Positions 16,642 through 26,422 of a DNA stretch of 34,850 nt are shown here, one piece after another. Numbering within the stretch: position 1 is the first letter of the stretch; the number at the start of each line of letters is the position of its first letter. The DNA is from Candidatus Competibacterales bacterium (lineage in GTDB: Bacteria > Pseudomonadota > Gammaproteobacteria > Competibacterales > JAHEDQ01). The notes below the pieces were generated by a model. The model made no database searches and was not told where the DNA came from. It was given only the letters and a program-made list of their open reading frames with translations. Where the stretch lies: the NCBI GenBank assembly GCA_041587415.1, contig JBFGYN010000003.1, positions 1-34,850 on the forward strand, read 5' to 3'. A program made the translations under genes and the position numbers.

Positions 16642-18292
16642 TCGCCTCGATACCGAATTGTGCGAAGCCCCTACGCGCGAAGTTCTCGCGGAACATGTCG
16701 CGAAGCTTGTTCGCTTCCCGATCGTAGGCGTCCTTATCTTCCCACGTGTTGCGCGGGTCCAAGATCTCGCTCGGCACGCCCGGGCACGAGGTTGGCATTT
16801 TCAGGCCGAACACCGGATGGGTCTTGTACTCCACCTTGCCGGAATCGAGATCACCGCGCAGCGCGGCGTTCAGCAGCGCGCGGGTGTGCTTGATGGATAT
16901 TCGCTTGCCGACCCCGTACGGTCCGCCCGACCAACCCGTGTTCAACAAGATGCAACGGGCGTTGTGCTGCTTCATCTTGTCCGCGAGCAGTTCGGCGTAC
17001 TTGGACGGTTTGCGCGCCATGAAAGGGGCGCCAAAACAGGCGCTGAAGGCCGCCTTCGGTCGCGTGATGCCCACCTCCGTGCCGGCCAGTTTGGCGGTGA
17101 ACCCGGAGATGAAGTGGTACATCACTTCCCTGCCCTCCAGAATCGAGACCGGTGGCAGAACGCCAAACGCGTCCGCGGTGAGCAGCACGATGCTCTCGGG
17201 GTGCGGGCCGCACGCCCCGTCGGCCACGTTGGGATTGCACTCCAGCGGATACGAGAAGCGGGTGTTCTCGGTGATCGACGCGTTCGCGAGATCGAGGTCC
17301 TGCGGATCGGTCTGCGATAAGGGCACGCCCGGCAGCGGCGGCACGTTTTCGATTATGGTGCCCGGCATCGAGAGGGCCGCAGCAATGATGGGTTCAGCCG
17401 ATTTGTCCAGGTCGATAAGCTTGGCGTAGCACCCGTCCTCGAAGTTCGACACGCCGCTCCCGGTCCAGGCGTGCTCGTCGTCTCCAATGAGTTTTCGCTC
17501 CGGGTCCGCTGAAAGTGTTGTCTTGCCGGTGCCCGACAACCCAAACAGGATGGCACCGTCGCCGCCTTTGCCGACGTTCGCCGAGCAATGCATGGAGAGG
17601 TCGCCCAACTCGGGAAGCATGAAATTCATGACCGTGAACATGGTTTTCTTGACCACGCCGCAGTAGTCGGCGCGCCCCAGAACCAAGGCGATCCTGTTCT
17701 TGAAATCCATGATGACCGCGCGGTGGGAAAGCGTGCCGTCCCGCTCCGGGTCGCAGTGAAACGAGGGGACGTTGAGCATGGTCCAACGTTGCTGACTCTC
17801 GTTCGGTACGCCCACGAGATCCTTGGGGAACATGTTGTGGGCGAACATGGCGTGGGTCGCGTACTCGCCGACGAATCGATAAGGCACGGCGTATTCCGGG
17901 TCGTACCCGCAGTACACGTCCTTAACGTAGAGAATTGTCCGGTTGTCGTTCAGATGACGGACCACCCGTCGCAGTAGCGGTTCGAAGTGGGCGGGGTCGA
18001 ACTGCTTGAAATCGTCCTTCCACCACACCTTGTCTTCGACTTCGGGCCAGGCCACGCCGAAGGTGTCCTGTACCGGTCGCCCCGTGCAGCTCGGATCCGA
18101 GTAGAATATCAGCGGGCCGTCGACACCGAGTTTCGTCGCATGCGCTTTGGGCTCGTCATTGTCACCGTCAGGACGAATGCGTCCCCGGTCGAATTGAATG
18201 GCCTCGTGAAAAAGCGCTTCCTTGCTGAGACCATACCGGTATTCGACGTCGACCAGTCCGAGCTTCTGCTTCAAGTCTTGGCGAAAATCCAT
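16634..18292 (-). CDS. pckA: Phosphoenolpyruvate carboxykinase (ATP)
   Basis: MHCSAN, FGLSGTGKTTLS, IGDDEH, CYAK, TENTR..YP, LTADAFGVLPP, FSACFGAPF and NTGWSGG; GAGG upstream of ATG18292. Confidence 0.93.
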   Translation of the reverse strand: MDFRQDLKQKLGLVDVEYRYGLSKEALFHEAIQFDRGRIRPDGDNDEPKAHATKLGVDGPLIFYSDPSCTGRPVQDTFGVAWPEVEDKVWWKDDFKQFDPAHFEPLLRRVVRHLNDNRTILYVKDVYCGYDPEYAVPYRFVGEYATHAMFAHNMFPKDLVGVPNESQQRWTMLNVPSFHCDPERDGTLSHRAVIMDFKNRIALVLGRADYCGVVKKTMFTVMNFMLPELGDLSMHCSANVGKGGDGAILFGLSGTGKTTLSADPERKLIGDDEHAWTGSGVSNFEDGCYAKLIDLDKSAEPIIAAALSMPGTIIENVPPLPGVPLSQTDPQDLDLANASITENTRFSYPLECNPNVADGACGPHPESIVLLTADAFGVLPPVSILEGREVMYHFISGFTAKLAGTEVGITRPKAAFSACFGAPFMARKPSKYAELLADKMKQHNARCILLNTGWSGGPYGVGKRISIKHTRALLNAALRGDLDSGKVEYKTHPVFGLKMPTSCPGVPSEILDPRNTWEDKDAYDREANKLRDMFRENFARRGFAQFGIEAIM

Positions 18293-18572
18293 GCAGTCGT
18301 TACCTCGTGGCGCAAGCAAAATGAATCCTCTGGAAGTTCCGGTCGCCGGAGCGTACATGGACACTCGTATTCAAGCAAGCTAAGCGACTCATTCCTATAA
18401 GTTTTGTCTGGGATGAAATTTCACGACCCGCGAAACCGGGCGGGGACTGTTGCGTTGCACGAATGCGCCGTCCCGCAACGTGAGGCGGCGCGGCGCATGG
18501 CGAAATTTTGGGACGGCGTGGCATCGCAACGGCGGCGACGCCGATCGTCTGTGAAGCAAATCAAGTGCCGCG

Positions 18573-19493
18573 CTACGACCAAGTGCCGATCGTCGCCCGT
18601 ACTGACGCAGCGTGGTCCACGACTTTCGTGCCAGCGCGCGTCCGCGACGGGAGCCAGGTTGTTTGCGTCGTGTGCGTCGCTTCGGCACCCAGCCCGATGA
18701 AGTCGAACAGTCGAGCGTCCATCAAATGGGACGGGGCAACATTTTGCAGCGCGGCGAATATCGATTCGACCCGCCCGGGCGCCTCCCTGTCCCATTGCCG
18801 AAGCATGTTCTTGATCGCCTGGCGCTGGAGGCTATCCTGCGAGCCGCATAGATTACACGGAATGATCGGGAACTCCCGGGCCGCAGCGTATTGCCCAATG
18901 TCCTTTTCCCGGCAGTAGGCGAGCGGGCGGATCACGATATTTCTGCCATCGTCGCTTAGCAGCTTGGGCGGCATGGCCTTGAGTTTTCCGCCAAAAAACA
19001 GATTCAGAAACAGCGTCTCGACAATGTCGTCCCGATGGTGACCCAGGGCAATCTTTGTCATGCCCTGTTCCTGCGCGACCCGGTAGAGAATACCCCGGCG
19101 CAGGCGCGAGCACAGTCCGCAGGTAGTCTTGCCATTCGGAATCACCCGCTTCACCACGCCATAGGTGTCTTCTTCGATAATGTGGTAGGGGATGCCGATT
19201 CCCTCGAGATACGCGGGCAAAACGTGCTCTGGAAACCCCGGTTGCTTCTGGTCCAGGTTGACCGCGATCAGCTCGAAATCGACCGGCGCATTCCGCCGCA
19301 GATTCACCAGAACGTCGAGGAGCGTGTACGAATCCTTGCCACCGGACAGGCAGACCATGACCCGGTCGCCGTCCTCGATCATGTTGAACTCCTCGATCGC
19401 GCGCCCGGCGTTGCGCCGCAGGCGTTTGTGCAGCTTGTTCAGATCAATACGGGATTTTCGAGCGTCGCCCATCGTAGGCTGCAATGAAGGCAT
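18573..19493 (-). CDS. ttcA: tRNA 2-thiocytidine(32) synthetase
   Basis: SGGKDSY PP-loop, [31 protein letters not shown] and [13 protein letters not shown]19472 is an alternative start. Confidence 0.95.
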   Translation of the reverse strand: MPSLQPTMGDARKSRIDLNKLHKRLRRNAGRAIEEFNMIEDGDRVMVCLSGGKDSYTLLDVLVNLRRNAPVDFELIAVNLDQKQPGFPEHVLPAYLEGIGIPYHIIEEDTYGVVKRVIPNGKTTCGLCSRLRRGILYRVAQEQGMTKIALGHHRDDIVETLFLNLFFGGKLKAMPPKLLSDDGRNIVIRPLAYCREKDIGQYAAAREFPIIPCNLCGSQDSLQRQAIKNMLRQWDREAPGRVESIFAALQNVAPSHLMDARLFDFIGLGAEATHTTQTTWLPSRTRAGTKVVDHAASVRATIGTWS

Positions 19494-19656
19494 GGCCGGG
19501 AAAAAGGAGGCAGTTTACCTGTTTCGAGCTCGAGCTAATAGATGCCCGGTCGGAGAGATTGCCAAGGAAAGAAGCAGCCTCCGCGCAGTTCGGCGTGTGC
19601 GGGGAATCCGTGATTCATTCGCAGCGTCGCGACCGGGCGAATGGATCACGGCTTCC

Positions 19657-20736
19657 CTAGCGCTTGCAGACGCCCTTGATCGCTGCCCATTCTTCGCCGG
19701 TGAACGCCGGCTGCGTTCCGGTGCCCAGATCCTTGATCAGACGTATACGATCGGCGTGCATGGGGTGGGACGCGAACAGCTGATAAATCGTCGAGTCGGG
19801 GTCCTCGGACGGTGATCCGTTGGCGTCTCGAAGTCGTTCGAAGAAGCGGACGAATCCCACGCTGCGGAGATCCGCTCCGTTGAGCATCTCCACCGCAATG
19901 CGATCCGCCGCGCGTTCGTCATCCCGTGTGTAGGACATCATCATCGCGTGCTGGCCCAGATCCGCGGCGATCGAGCCGAGCCCCGAAAGATCCCCGAAGA
20001 AAGCCGAAGCGACCAACCCCAAGCCGGCGGCGCGCAAGATCCCCCGCAGCGGATGCTGAAGTTCCGCGTGCGCAACTTCGTGGGCCAGCACCGCGGCAAG
20101 TTCGTCGCCAGACTCCGCCTGCTCGATCAAGCCACTGAGGATGACCACGTGACCGCCGGGCGCTGCCAGTGCGTTTACGGTGTCGTCGCGGGCAACCCGA
20201 ATCTTGATTGGATATGGATTGTCCCGGCCCGAGGTGAGTCGCTCCACCAGTGAGTCCAGTGCCCGCATCGCGTCGGACCCCTCGCAGGTGTTCGGCGCCA
20301 TGCTCTCAACCACGGCACTGCCGAGGGCTTGGGCCCACGGTTTCGGAACGAATCGCGCGCTCGCGCCGGCAAGTTGTGGAACCGTGACGACGACGAGGGT
20401 GACGACGGCGATGAGTGCGCCTGTCCACAGGAGCAGGCGCTGGCCCGTGCGCAGCCCACCGAGATAGCGTCCGCCGAGGCCCGGTATCCGCTGGCACACG
20501 AGTCGAACGGCATCCGGTTCCTCGATCAAGAGGTTTGCGTCGGGCTTGTCGGCGTGGATTAGCCGCGCCGGTTGCCCGACATAGACCTCTTCGGCGAGGC
20601 GAAGTCCCCTGAACGGCCATCGGTCCAGAACCGTACCGTTCGCGTCCACGATCGAAACGGCGTCGGAGCCGACGTATATGGTCACGTCATGCCGCAGTGC
20701 GGTCCGACCGTCCGCGTATCGAGCCGTGAACTGCAT
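19657..20736 (-). CDS. M48 family zinc metallopeptidase
   Basis: N-terminal Y.DG domain, one TM helix, NALAAPGG, AVLAHEVAH, E..AD and SHP...RI; lies downstream of yjgN, a commonly conserved pairing. Confidence 0.88.
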   Translation of the reverse strand: MQFTARYADGRTALRHDVTIYVGSDAVSIVDANGTVLDRWPFRGLRLAEEVYVGQPARLIHADKPDANLLIEEPDAVRLVCQRIPGLGGRYLGGLRTGQRLLLWTGALIAVVTLVVVTVPQLAGASARFVPKPWAQALGSAVVESMAPNTCEGSDAMRALDSLVERLTSGRDNPYPIKIRVARDDTVNALAAPGGHVVILSGLIEQAESGDELAAVLAHEVAHAELQHPLRGILRAAGLGLVASAFFGDLSGLGSIAADLGQHAMMMSYTRDDERAADRIAVEMLNGADLRSVGFVRFFERLRDANGSPSEDPDSTIYQLFASHPMHADRIRLIKDLGTGTQPAFTGEEWAAIKGVCKR

Positions 20737-20765
20737 ATCACCCCAATGAGCCGGAAAACTTGCCT

Positions 20766-20795
20766 GGCGAGCCCGGAGTTCACTCCGGGCTCGCC
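20766..20795. repeat. Perfect 13-bp inverted repeat (hairpin) between yjgN and the M48 gene
   Basis: GGCGAGCCCGGAG-TTCA-CTCCGGGCTCGCC; no immediately adjacent poly-U on either strand. Confidence 0.8.
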
Positions 20796-20824
20796 TCCCA
20801 CCAAATTCTCAGCAAGCGGGAAAC

Positions 20825-21835
20825 TTACGCCGGCGCAAGATCGAACATTTCCGCGAGTCCTTCCCCCGTCGACGGACTTTCGACGGTGGTCTGGCGCAGC
20901 GCTGCGTAATCCGGCTTGCCGGCAACCTCCAGTCTGCTCATCGTGAAGCGAAGGCTTCGAGTCAAGACCCACGGGAAACCCAGCCCCAAGGTCAGGACGA
21001 TGATCAGCAAGTTGGTGAGCAACAGACCAAACAGCGCGCCGCCACTGAGATCCAGGCCGAAAGTGACCTTACCCGCGCGGGTGTGATCCCAGACGTATCG
21101 CATCTCGGCCGCCAGGTACCAGACAATGCTGATGCCGAGTGTCGGGATGGCCAGCAACCAACAAACCAGGTAACGACCGAACAAGTCGCGGCCTTTGCCG
21201 TCGTAGCTGAACTGCTGGCTGCCGTACCAAGTGTGGTTCAGGGTATAGCCGGCCAGTGCGTTGCGCATGAATGGTACCGCCAGATAGAGCGTGACCAGGC
21301 AGAGTAGACCGTAGCCGAGCATCTTCATTGCATACTCCACAGCTGACCCCGTCTGTGCAAAGCGGATACCCCGCAATCGGGTTCGACTCACGATGTAGGA
21401 CCGGGCACCGTACATGCCAGCGCAGACGAGGAATCCCACCACGACATAGAACGCGAATATCAGGGCACCGGCCGCCGTGGGGCTGAACTGGGAGAGATGA
21501 TACTGGCCGAAACCGAGCGCCAGAACCAAAACGAGAATGACAACGAAGGCCTTGAGAAATCCGTAGAACAATTCCAACCCGAAGCCGGTGTACTCGAGTC
21601 GCTCACCATCGAATTCCGTCGCGCTCCACAGATATCGTCGAATTCGGGTCTTGCCCCAGAAATGGTAAAGACCGAGGGTCAGGATCTTGAGCACGACGTT
21701 CATCAGCATGATGACGAAGAGCTCGCCCCCGGTACCATGATGCTGTATGCGTCCTTGCGCGGCGGCTTTGCGCACGGCGGATCTCCTTGCCAAATCTTGT
21801 TGGATGGGGGGTTCGCCAAGCAATGACTGCGCCAC
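20825..21835 (-). CDS. yjgN: YjgN / DUF898 family inner membrane protein
   Basis: ILTLGLYHFWGKTRIRRYLW, YTG.G.ELF.GF, RTRLRGIRF and TLGLGFPW. Confidence 0.87.
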   Translation of the reverse strand: MAQSLLGEPPIQQDLARRSAVRKAAAQGRIQHHGTGGELFVIMLMNVVLKILTLGLYHFWGKTRIRRYLWSATEFDGERLEYTGFGLELFYGFLKAFVVILVLVLALGFGQYHLSQFSPTAAGALIFAFYVVVGFLVCAGMYGARSYIVSRTRLRGIRFAQTGSAVEYAMKMLGYGLLCLVTLYLAVPFMRNALAGYTLNHTWYGSQQFSYDGKGRDLFGRYLVCWLLAIPTLGISIVWYLAAEMRYVWDHTRAGKVTFGLDLSGGALFGLLLTNLLIIVLTLGLGFPWVLTRSLRFTMSRLEVAGKPDYAALRQTTVESPSTGEGLAEMFDLAPA

Positions 21836-21853
21836 GAACAGGCGACGAGGCGA

Positions 21854-22195
21854 TCAGTCACGCTCATCTTTCTCGCCCCCGTTCGGGCCGAAAAACACCA
21901 CCCAGGTCGCGAAATCCGAGCTGAAGTCTTCGAATCGGTGCGCCCGGGCCGCGGGAACGAACAGGACATCCCCGGGGCCAAATGTGGTGCGCTCGCCACC
22001 GTTGACGAACTGTCCGCTACCCGATGCCACTACGTAGATTTCGTCCTGGTCGTGGGGGGTCTGGCGATCGACGCCCGCGGGCGCATAGAACCGGACGCTC
22101 ATGCTGCCATGTTGCATCAGCAGGGGAGACCGGGCGCCCTCCGGAATCGGCGTTTGCCTGGCCTGGTCTAGGGTCACGTGCCAATCGTCGTTCAT
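21854..22195 (-). CDS. Cupin domain protein
   Basis: QTPHDQDEIYVV and GDVLFVPA...HRF cupin motifs, plus WVVFFGP.GGE. Confidence 0.87.
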   Translation of the reverse strand: MNDDWHVTLDQARQTPIPEGARSPLLMQHGSMSVRFYAPAGVDRQTPHDQDEIYVVASGSGQFVNGGERTTFGPGDVLFVPAARAHRFEDFSSDFATWVVFFGPNGGEKDERD

Positions 22196-22256
22196 CGGTC
22201 ATGGTCCTCTTGGTTACCAGTCGTGGAGGTCGTCACGGCTTGCATGGCATGAATCA

Positions 22257-22272
22257 CGGCACGTCTGTTGCT
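22257..22272 (+). promoter_or_regulatory. Candidate sigma-54 (-24/-12) promoter
   Basis: CGGCACG-TCTG-TTGCT against the consensus TGGCACG-N4-TTGCW; GG (22258-59) and GC (22270-71) have canonical spacing; about 40 nt upstream of ATG22313. Confidence 0.55.
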
Positions 22273-22312
22273 GGCTTCAGGCCCTTTTGCGCAGCGTTGG
22301 GTTGGGGCGTAC

Positions 22313-23119
22313 ATGGCAGGCGGCTTTTGGAAGAAGATACGGTTGGTGGTCCTCGTCTACGCGTTGTTCATGGTTGCCGGACACAGTTGGCTCGAGCGCG
22401 AGCGGGCAACGGATTGGGATGAGCCGCTCTACGTTGGCGTGTATCCCGCAAATGGGGATGGCAGTGCGGCGAGCGAGCGTTACATTGAATCGTTGGCACC
22501 GGAACATTTTCAAGCCGTTGCGAGATTTTTTGATCGCGAGGCGCGACGTTACGGCGTGCCGGTGCGCAGCGCCATATCCATCGTCATGGCTGAGCCGCTC
22601 GACGTTACGCCGCCGAAACGGCCCAGGGACAGCAATATCTTGCAGACAATGCTCTGGAGCTTGCAGCTGCGCTACTGGTCGTGGATGCATGCAGACGGGA
22701 TTGAACCCGCACCGGACATCAAGATGTTCGTCCTTTATTATGACCCGCAAGAACATGTCCGTCTGCCCCATTCTGTGGGGCTTCAAAAAGGGATGTTAGG
22801 AATCGTCCATGCGTTCTCTTCGCCGCGGATGGCCGGCAGCAACATGGTCGTCTTGGCACACGAGCTCTTGCACACCCTCGGGGCGAGCGATAAATACGAT
22901 CCGGCCTCCAATCTGCCCTTGCATCCCCACGGGTATGCCGAGCCGGGGCGCGTGCCCCTCCACCCCCAGACGAAAGCGGAAATCATGGCAGGCCGCGTGC
23001 CTGTCTCCGATACAAAGGCCGCGATTCCAGCCGACCTGGAAGCGTCCGTCATTGGTAACCTGACCGCTGCTGAAATACGGTGGGTGGATGAATACGTCGA
23101 ATTTCCGGCCTGTTGTTAG
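22313..23119 (+). CDS. Hypothetical membrane-anchored zinc metallopeptidase-like protein (HExxHxxGxxD)
   Basis: N-terminal TM/signal anchor; AHELLHTLGASDKY; downstream EIMAG is a possible Met-turn. Confidence 0.72.
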   Translation: MAGGFWKKIRLVVLVYALFMVAGHSWLERERATDWDEPLYVGVYPANGDGSAASERYIESLAPEHFQAVARFFDREARRYGVPVRSAISIVMAEPLDVTPPKRPRDSNILQTMLWSLQLRYWSWMHADGIEPAPDIKMFVLYYDPQEHVRLPHSVGLQKGMLGIVHAFSSPRMAGSNMVVLAHELLHTLGASDKYDPASNLPLHPHGYAEPGRVPLHPQTKAEIMAGRVPVSDTKAAIPADLEASVIGNLTAAEIRWVDEYVEFPACC

Positions 23120-23221
23120 CCCATTCGTGCCGTGTCCCGGTTGCCAGGCTTCGCCCCACTCGCTAGGCTGGATCCAGCAGATCCAGGTCTGCGGAAAAAA
23201 TCATAAATAGAGGCCGAGCCG

Positions 23222-23998
23222 ATGAATCAAGCCGTGCCGGCATTGGTCGTCGAGGATCTGCACAAGAAATTCGGCAACATCGAGGTGCTGAAGGGCATTT
23301 CCATGACCGCCCGCCAGGGCGATGTCATCTCGATTCTCGGATCTTCGGGTTCGGGCAAGAGTACTTTTCTTCGCTGCATCAATTTGCTGGAAACGCCCAA
23401 CTCGGGCGTCGTTTCCGTAAAGGGCGATCCGATTCGTATGACGACGGATCGCTACGGGGCTCCGATTCCCGCCGATCGGCGCCAGGTGGAGCGCATTCGG
23501 TCGCGCCTCGCGATGGTCTTCCAGAGCTTCAATCTTTGGGCCCATATGACGGTGCTGGAGAACTTGATCGAGGCGCCGATCCATGTGCTGAAGGTACCCA
23601 AGGCCGAGGCGGTCGAGCGAGCGGAAGCGCTGCTGCAGAAGGTGGGGATGTACGAGCGGCGTGACTACTACCCCAGCCACATTTCGGGTGGTCAGCAGCA
23701 GCGGGCCGCCATCGCCAGGGCCCTCGCCATGGAGCCGGACGTGATGCTGTTCGACGAACCCACCTCGGCGTTGGATCCGGAACTGGTGGGAGAGGTGTTG
23801 AAGGTCATGCGGGATTTGGCGGACGAGGGTCGGACCATGATCGTGGTCACGCACGAGATGGGATTTGCCCGAGATGTGTCGTCGCATCTCATGTTCCTGC
23901 ACGAGGGCCGCGTCGAGGAGGAGGGTCCGCCCGTCGAGACCTTCGCCAATCCACGTTCCGTCCGATTCCAGCAATTCCTCTCCGGGGCACTGAAGTAG
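23222..23998 (+). CDS. hisP: Polar amino acid (His/Lys/Arg/Orn) ABC transporter ATP-binding protein, HisP/AotP-like
   Basis: GSSGSGKSTFLRCINLLE, MVFQSFNLW, SGGQQQR, FDEPTSALDPELVGEVL and VTHEMGFA. Confidence 0.85.
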   Translation: MNQAVPALVVEDLHKKFGNIEVLKGISMTARQGDVISILGSSGSGKSTFLRCINLLETPNSGVVSVKGDPIRMTTDRYGAPIPADRRQVERIRSRLAMVFQSFNLWAHMTVLENLIEAPIHVLKVPKAEAVERAEALLQKVGMYERRDYYPSHISGGQQQRAAIARALAMEPDVMLFDEPTSALDPELVGEVLKVMRDLADEGRTMIVVTHEMGFARDVSSHLMFLHEGRVEEEGPPVETFANPRSVRFQQFLSGALK

Positions 23999-24002
23999 CG
24001 TC

Positions 24003-24692
24003 ATGCTCGATCTCCAGGGTTATGGTTGGAGCATTCTCCAAGGTGCCGTGCTCACCGTCGAAGTCGCTCTGGTGTCACTCCTGGTTGCCGTGGTGCTCGG
24101 CATGCTGGGTGCGCTTGCAAAACTCTCCGCGTCGCGCACGGCACGGCTCGTGGCGTCGGTGTATACGACCGTCATTCGAGGCATTCCCGACCTGGTACTG
24201 ATGCTCCTGATATTTTTTGGCGGCCAGATCCTGGTGAACCAGCTCGCCTTGATGGTCGGCTACGACGGCTACGTGGACGTCAATCCCTTCGTCGCCGGTG
24301 TGCTGACCATCGGGTTCATTTTCGGCGCATACATGGCGGAGACCTTTCGCGGGGCAATGTTGGCCGTGCCCAACGCTCAGCTGGAAGCGGGTTACGCGTA
24401 TGGGATGAATCGCGGCCTCGTGTTCCGCCGAATTTTGCTTCCGCAGATGGTCCGGCATGCGATACCGGGATTCGGCAACAATTGGCTCGTGCTGCTCAAG
24501 ACAACGGCGCTGGTCTCCGTCATCGGCCTCGACGACATGGTTCGCAAAGCGTCGCTTGCGGCCGGGGCGACTCGTTTGCCGTTCACCTTCTATCTCGTTG
24601 TGGCATTGGGTTTTCTATTCTTCACGACCGTCTCGATACTGGCCCTGCGGTGGGCGGAGCAACGCTACAGCGCCGGTGTGCGCCGCGAGTAA
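24003..24692 (+). CDS. hisQ: Polar amino acid ABC permease, HisQ/AotQ-like
   Basis: YTTVIRGIPDLV, GAYMAETFRG and GNNWLVLLKTTALVS. Confidence 0.82.
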   Translation: MLDLQGYGWSILQGAVLTVEVALVSLLVAVVLGMLGALAKLSASRTARLVASVYTTVIRGIPDLVLMLLIFFGGQILVNQLALMVGYDGYVDVNPFVAGVLTIGFIFGAYMAETFRGAMLAVPNAQLEAGYAYGMNRGLVFRRILLPQMVRHAIPGFGNNWLVLLKTTALVSVIGLDDMVRKASLAAGATRLPFTFYLVVALGFLFFTTVSILALRWAEQRYSAGVRRE

Positions 24693-24695
24693 CCG

Positions 24696-25391
24696 ATGGA
24701 TTTCAGCATTGTCCTCGACAACATCGATCTCTATCTGGACGGATTGGTTACAACCGTGCAACTGGTCTCGGCTGCGCTGGCGATTGGCCTGGCCATGGCG
24801 GTGCCCCTGGCGATCATGCAGGCGTCGGTCAATCCCTGGCTGCGCTGGCCGGTCTTCACCTACAGCTATTTTTTCCGCGGAACACCCTTGCTGGTACAGG
24901 TGTTCATGATCTACTACGGATTCGGCCAATTCGAAGCTGTTCAGGAAAGCTTCCTGTGGCCGGTGTTGAGCGAGGCCTACTGGTGCGCCCTCATTGCCTT
25001 TACGCTGAATACAGCGGCCTATACGACGGAGATTCTCCGGGGTGCCATTCGTGGCACGCCCCAAGGAGAGATCGAGGCGGCTAAGGCCTGCGGAATGTCC
25101 CCCGGATTGATGTACCGCCGCGTCGTATTGCCCGGCGCGTTTCGGAGAGCGCTGCCGGCGTACGGAAACGAAGTGATCTTCATGCTTCACGGGAGCGCCA
25201 TCGCCAGCGTCATTACCATCGTCGACATCACCGGCGCCGCGCGCATCCTCAATTCCCGCTATTACAGCCCATACGAAGCATTTTTGACCGCTGCCGTTTT
25301 TTACATGGCGCTGACTTTCATAGCGATTTTTCTGTTCAAGAGGCTCGAGAGGCGGTGGTTCGCGCACCTGCGGCCGCGCACCCAGCGATGA
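24696..25391 (+). CDS. hisM: Polar amino acid ABC permease, HisM/AotM-like
   Basis: FRGTPLLVQ, LNTAAYTTE, RRALPAYGNEVIFMLH. Confidence 0.82.
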   Translation: MDFSIVLDNIDLYLDGLVTTVQLVSAALAIGLAMAVPLAIMQASVNPWLRWPVFTYSYFFRGTPLLVQVFMIYYGFGQFEAVQESFLWPVLSEAYWCALIAFTLNTAAYTTEILRGAIRGTPQGEIEAAKACGMSPGLMYRRVVLPGAFRRALPAYGNEVIFMLHGSAIASVITIVDITGAARILNSRYYSPYEAFLTAAVFYMALTFIAIFLFKRLERRWFAHLRPRTQR

Positions 25392-25492
25392 GACCGCAAG
25401 AGCAGAATCTGTTGGCCGATAGAGTCCGTATGGCCTAGGATTTTCGATTGCGGCGCCGAATCGGGTCGCGAACATCCCGTAGGAGGGGAACC

Positions 25493-26266
25493 ATGAGAAA
25501 GGTACTAACGGCGGCGCTGATCGCCGGTTTGGGGGTTTTCAACCCTGGCATTGCAGCCGACAAGGAACTCAGAATCGGAGTCGAGGGAGCCTACCCGCCC
25601 TTCAGTTTCGTGGATGCGAACGGTGACCTTCAAGGATTCGACATCGACATTGCCCGGGCACTGTGCGAGGCGATGGATGTGGAGTGCACCTTAGTGACCC
25701 AGGATTGGGACGGCATCATTCCGGCGCTTCTGGCCCGTAAGTACAACGCCATCGTCGCATCCATGTCCATAACGGAAGAACGCAAGGAAAAGGTCGACTT
25801 TACCAACAAGTACTACCAATCGCCCGCCAGATTCGCCCGCAAGGTGGGCTCCGGAATCGAAATTACCGAGGAGGGGCTGAAGGGCAAGTCGGTAGGCGTG
25901 CAGCGTGCCACGGTCACGGACAAGTTCGTGACCGACAAATTCGGTGATACGGTCGAGGTCAAGCGTTACGGGACTCTGGACGAGGCCGTCATCGACATGA
26001 CGTCCGGTCGGCTCGATTTGATTCTCGCCGACTCGGTCGTCCTTGCCGAGGGCTTCCTCGACACCGACAAGGGTGAAGGCTACGAATTCGTCGGTCCGGC
26101 GTTTACGGATGAGGAGTGGTTCGGAGAAGGGATCGGAATTGCGGTGCGCAAGGGCGACGACGAGTTGCGCGAGCACTTCAACAAGGCAATCGAACAAATT
26201 CGGCAGGACGGGACCTACGAAAAGATCAACAGCAAGTACTTCGAGTTCGATATCTACGGCGACTGA
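25493..26266 (+). CDS. Lys/Arg/Orn/His-type ABC substrate-binding protein (ArgT/HisJ/AotJ-like)
   Basis: Signal peptide; EGAYPPF, GFDIDI, WDGIIPAL, SMSITEERK and FGEGIGIAVRK; AGGAGG RBS. Confidence 0.9.
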   Translation: MRKVLTAALIAGLGVFNPGIAADKELRIGVEGAYPPFSFVDANGDLQGFDIDIARALCEAMDVECTLVTQDWDGIIPALLARKYNAIVASMSITEERKEKVDFTNKYYQSPARFARKVGSGIEITEEGLKGKSVGVQRATVTDKFVTDKFGDTVEVKRYGTLDEAVIDMTSGRLDLILADSVVLAEGFLDTDKGEGYEFVGPAFTDEEWFGEGIGIAVRKGDDELREHFNKAIEQIRQDGTYEKINSKYFEFDIYGD

Positions 26267-26422
26267 CACTGAACAGGGATCGAAGTATGCCTGCCAGCCC
26301 TCGTTCGGGCATTCGCGAGCGGGATGCGGGGAGAGATGAGCACTCGGCACGTGGATTCGGCGCGGTCGGCGCGGCGCTCCGGCCCAGTCCACGATTTCCG
26401 CAAACCACGTAGCGAGCGCTTC

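Noticed and set aside
22017-22202. Out-of-frame ATG 7 nt upstream of the cupin start, suggesting a frameshift
   Set aside because: The cupin ORF is complete from ATG22195 with an acceptable RBS spacing; the alternative frame has no recognisable features.
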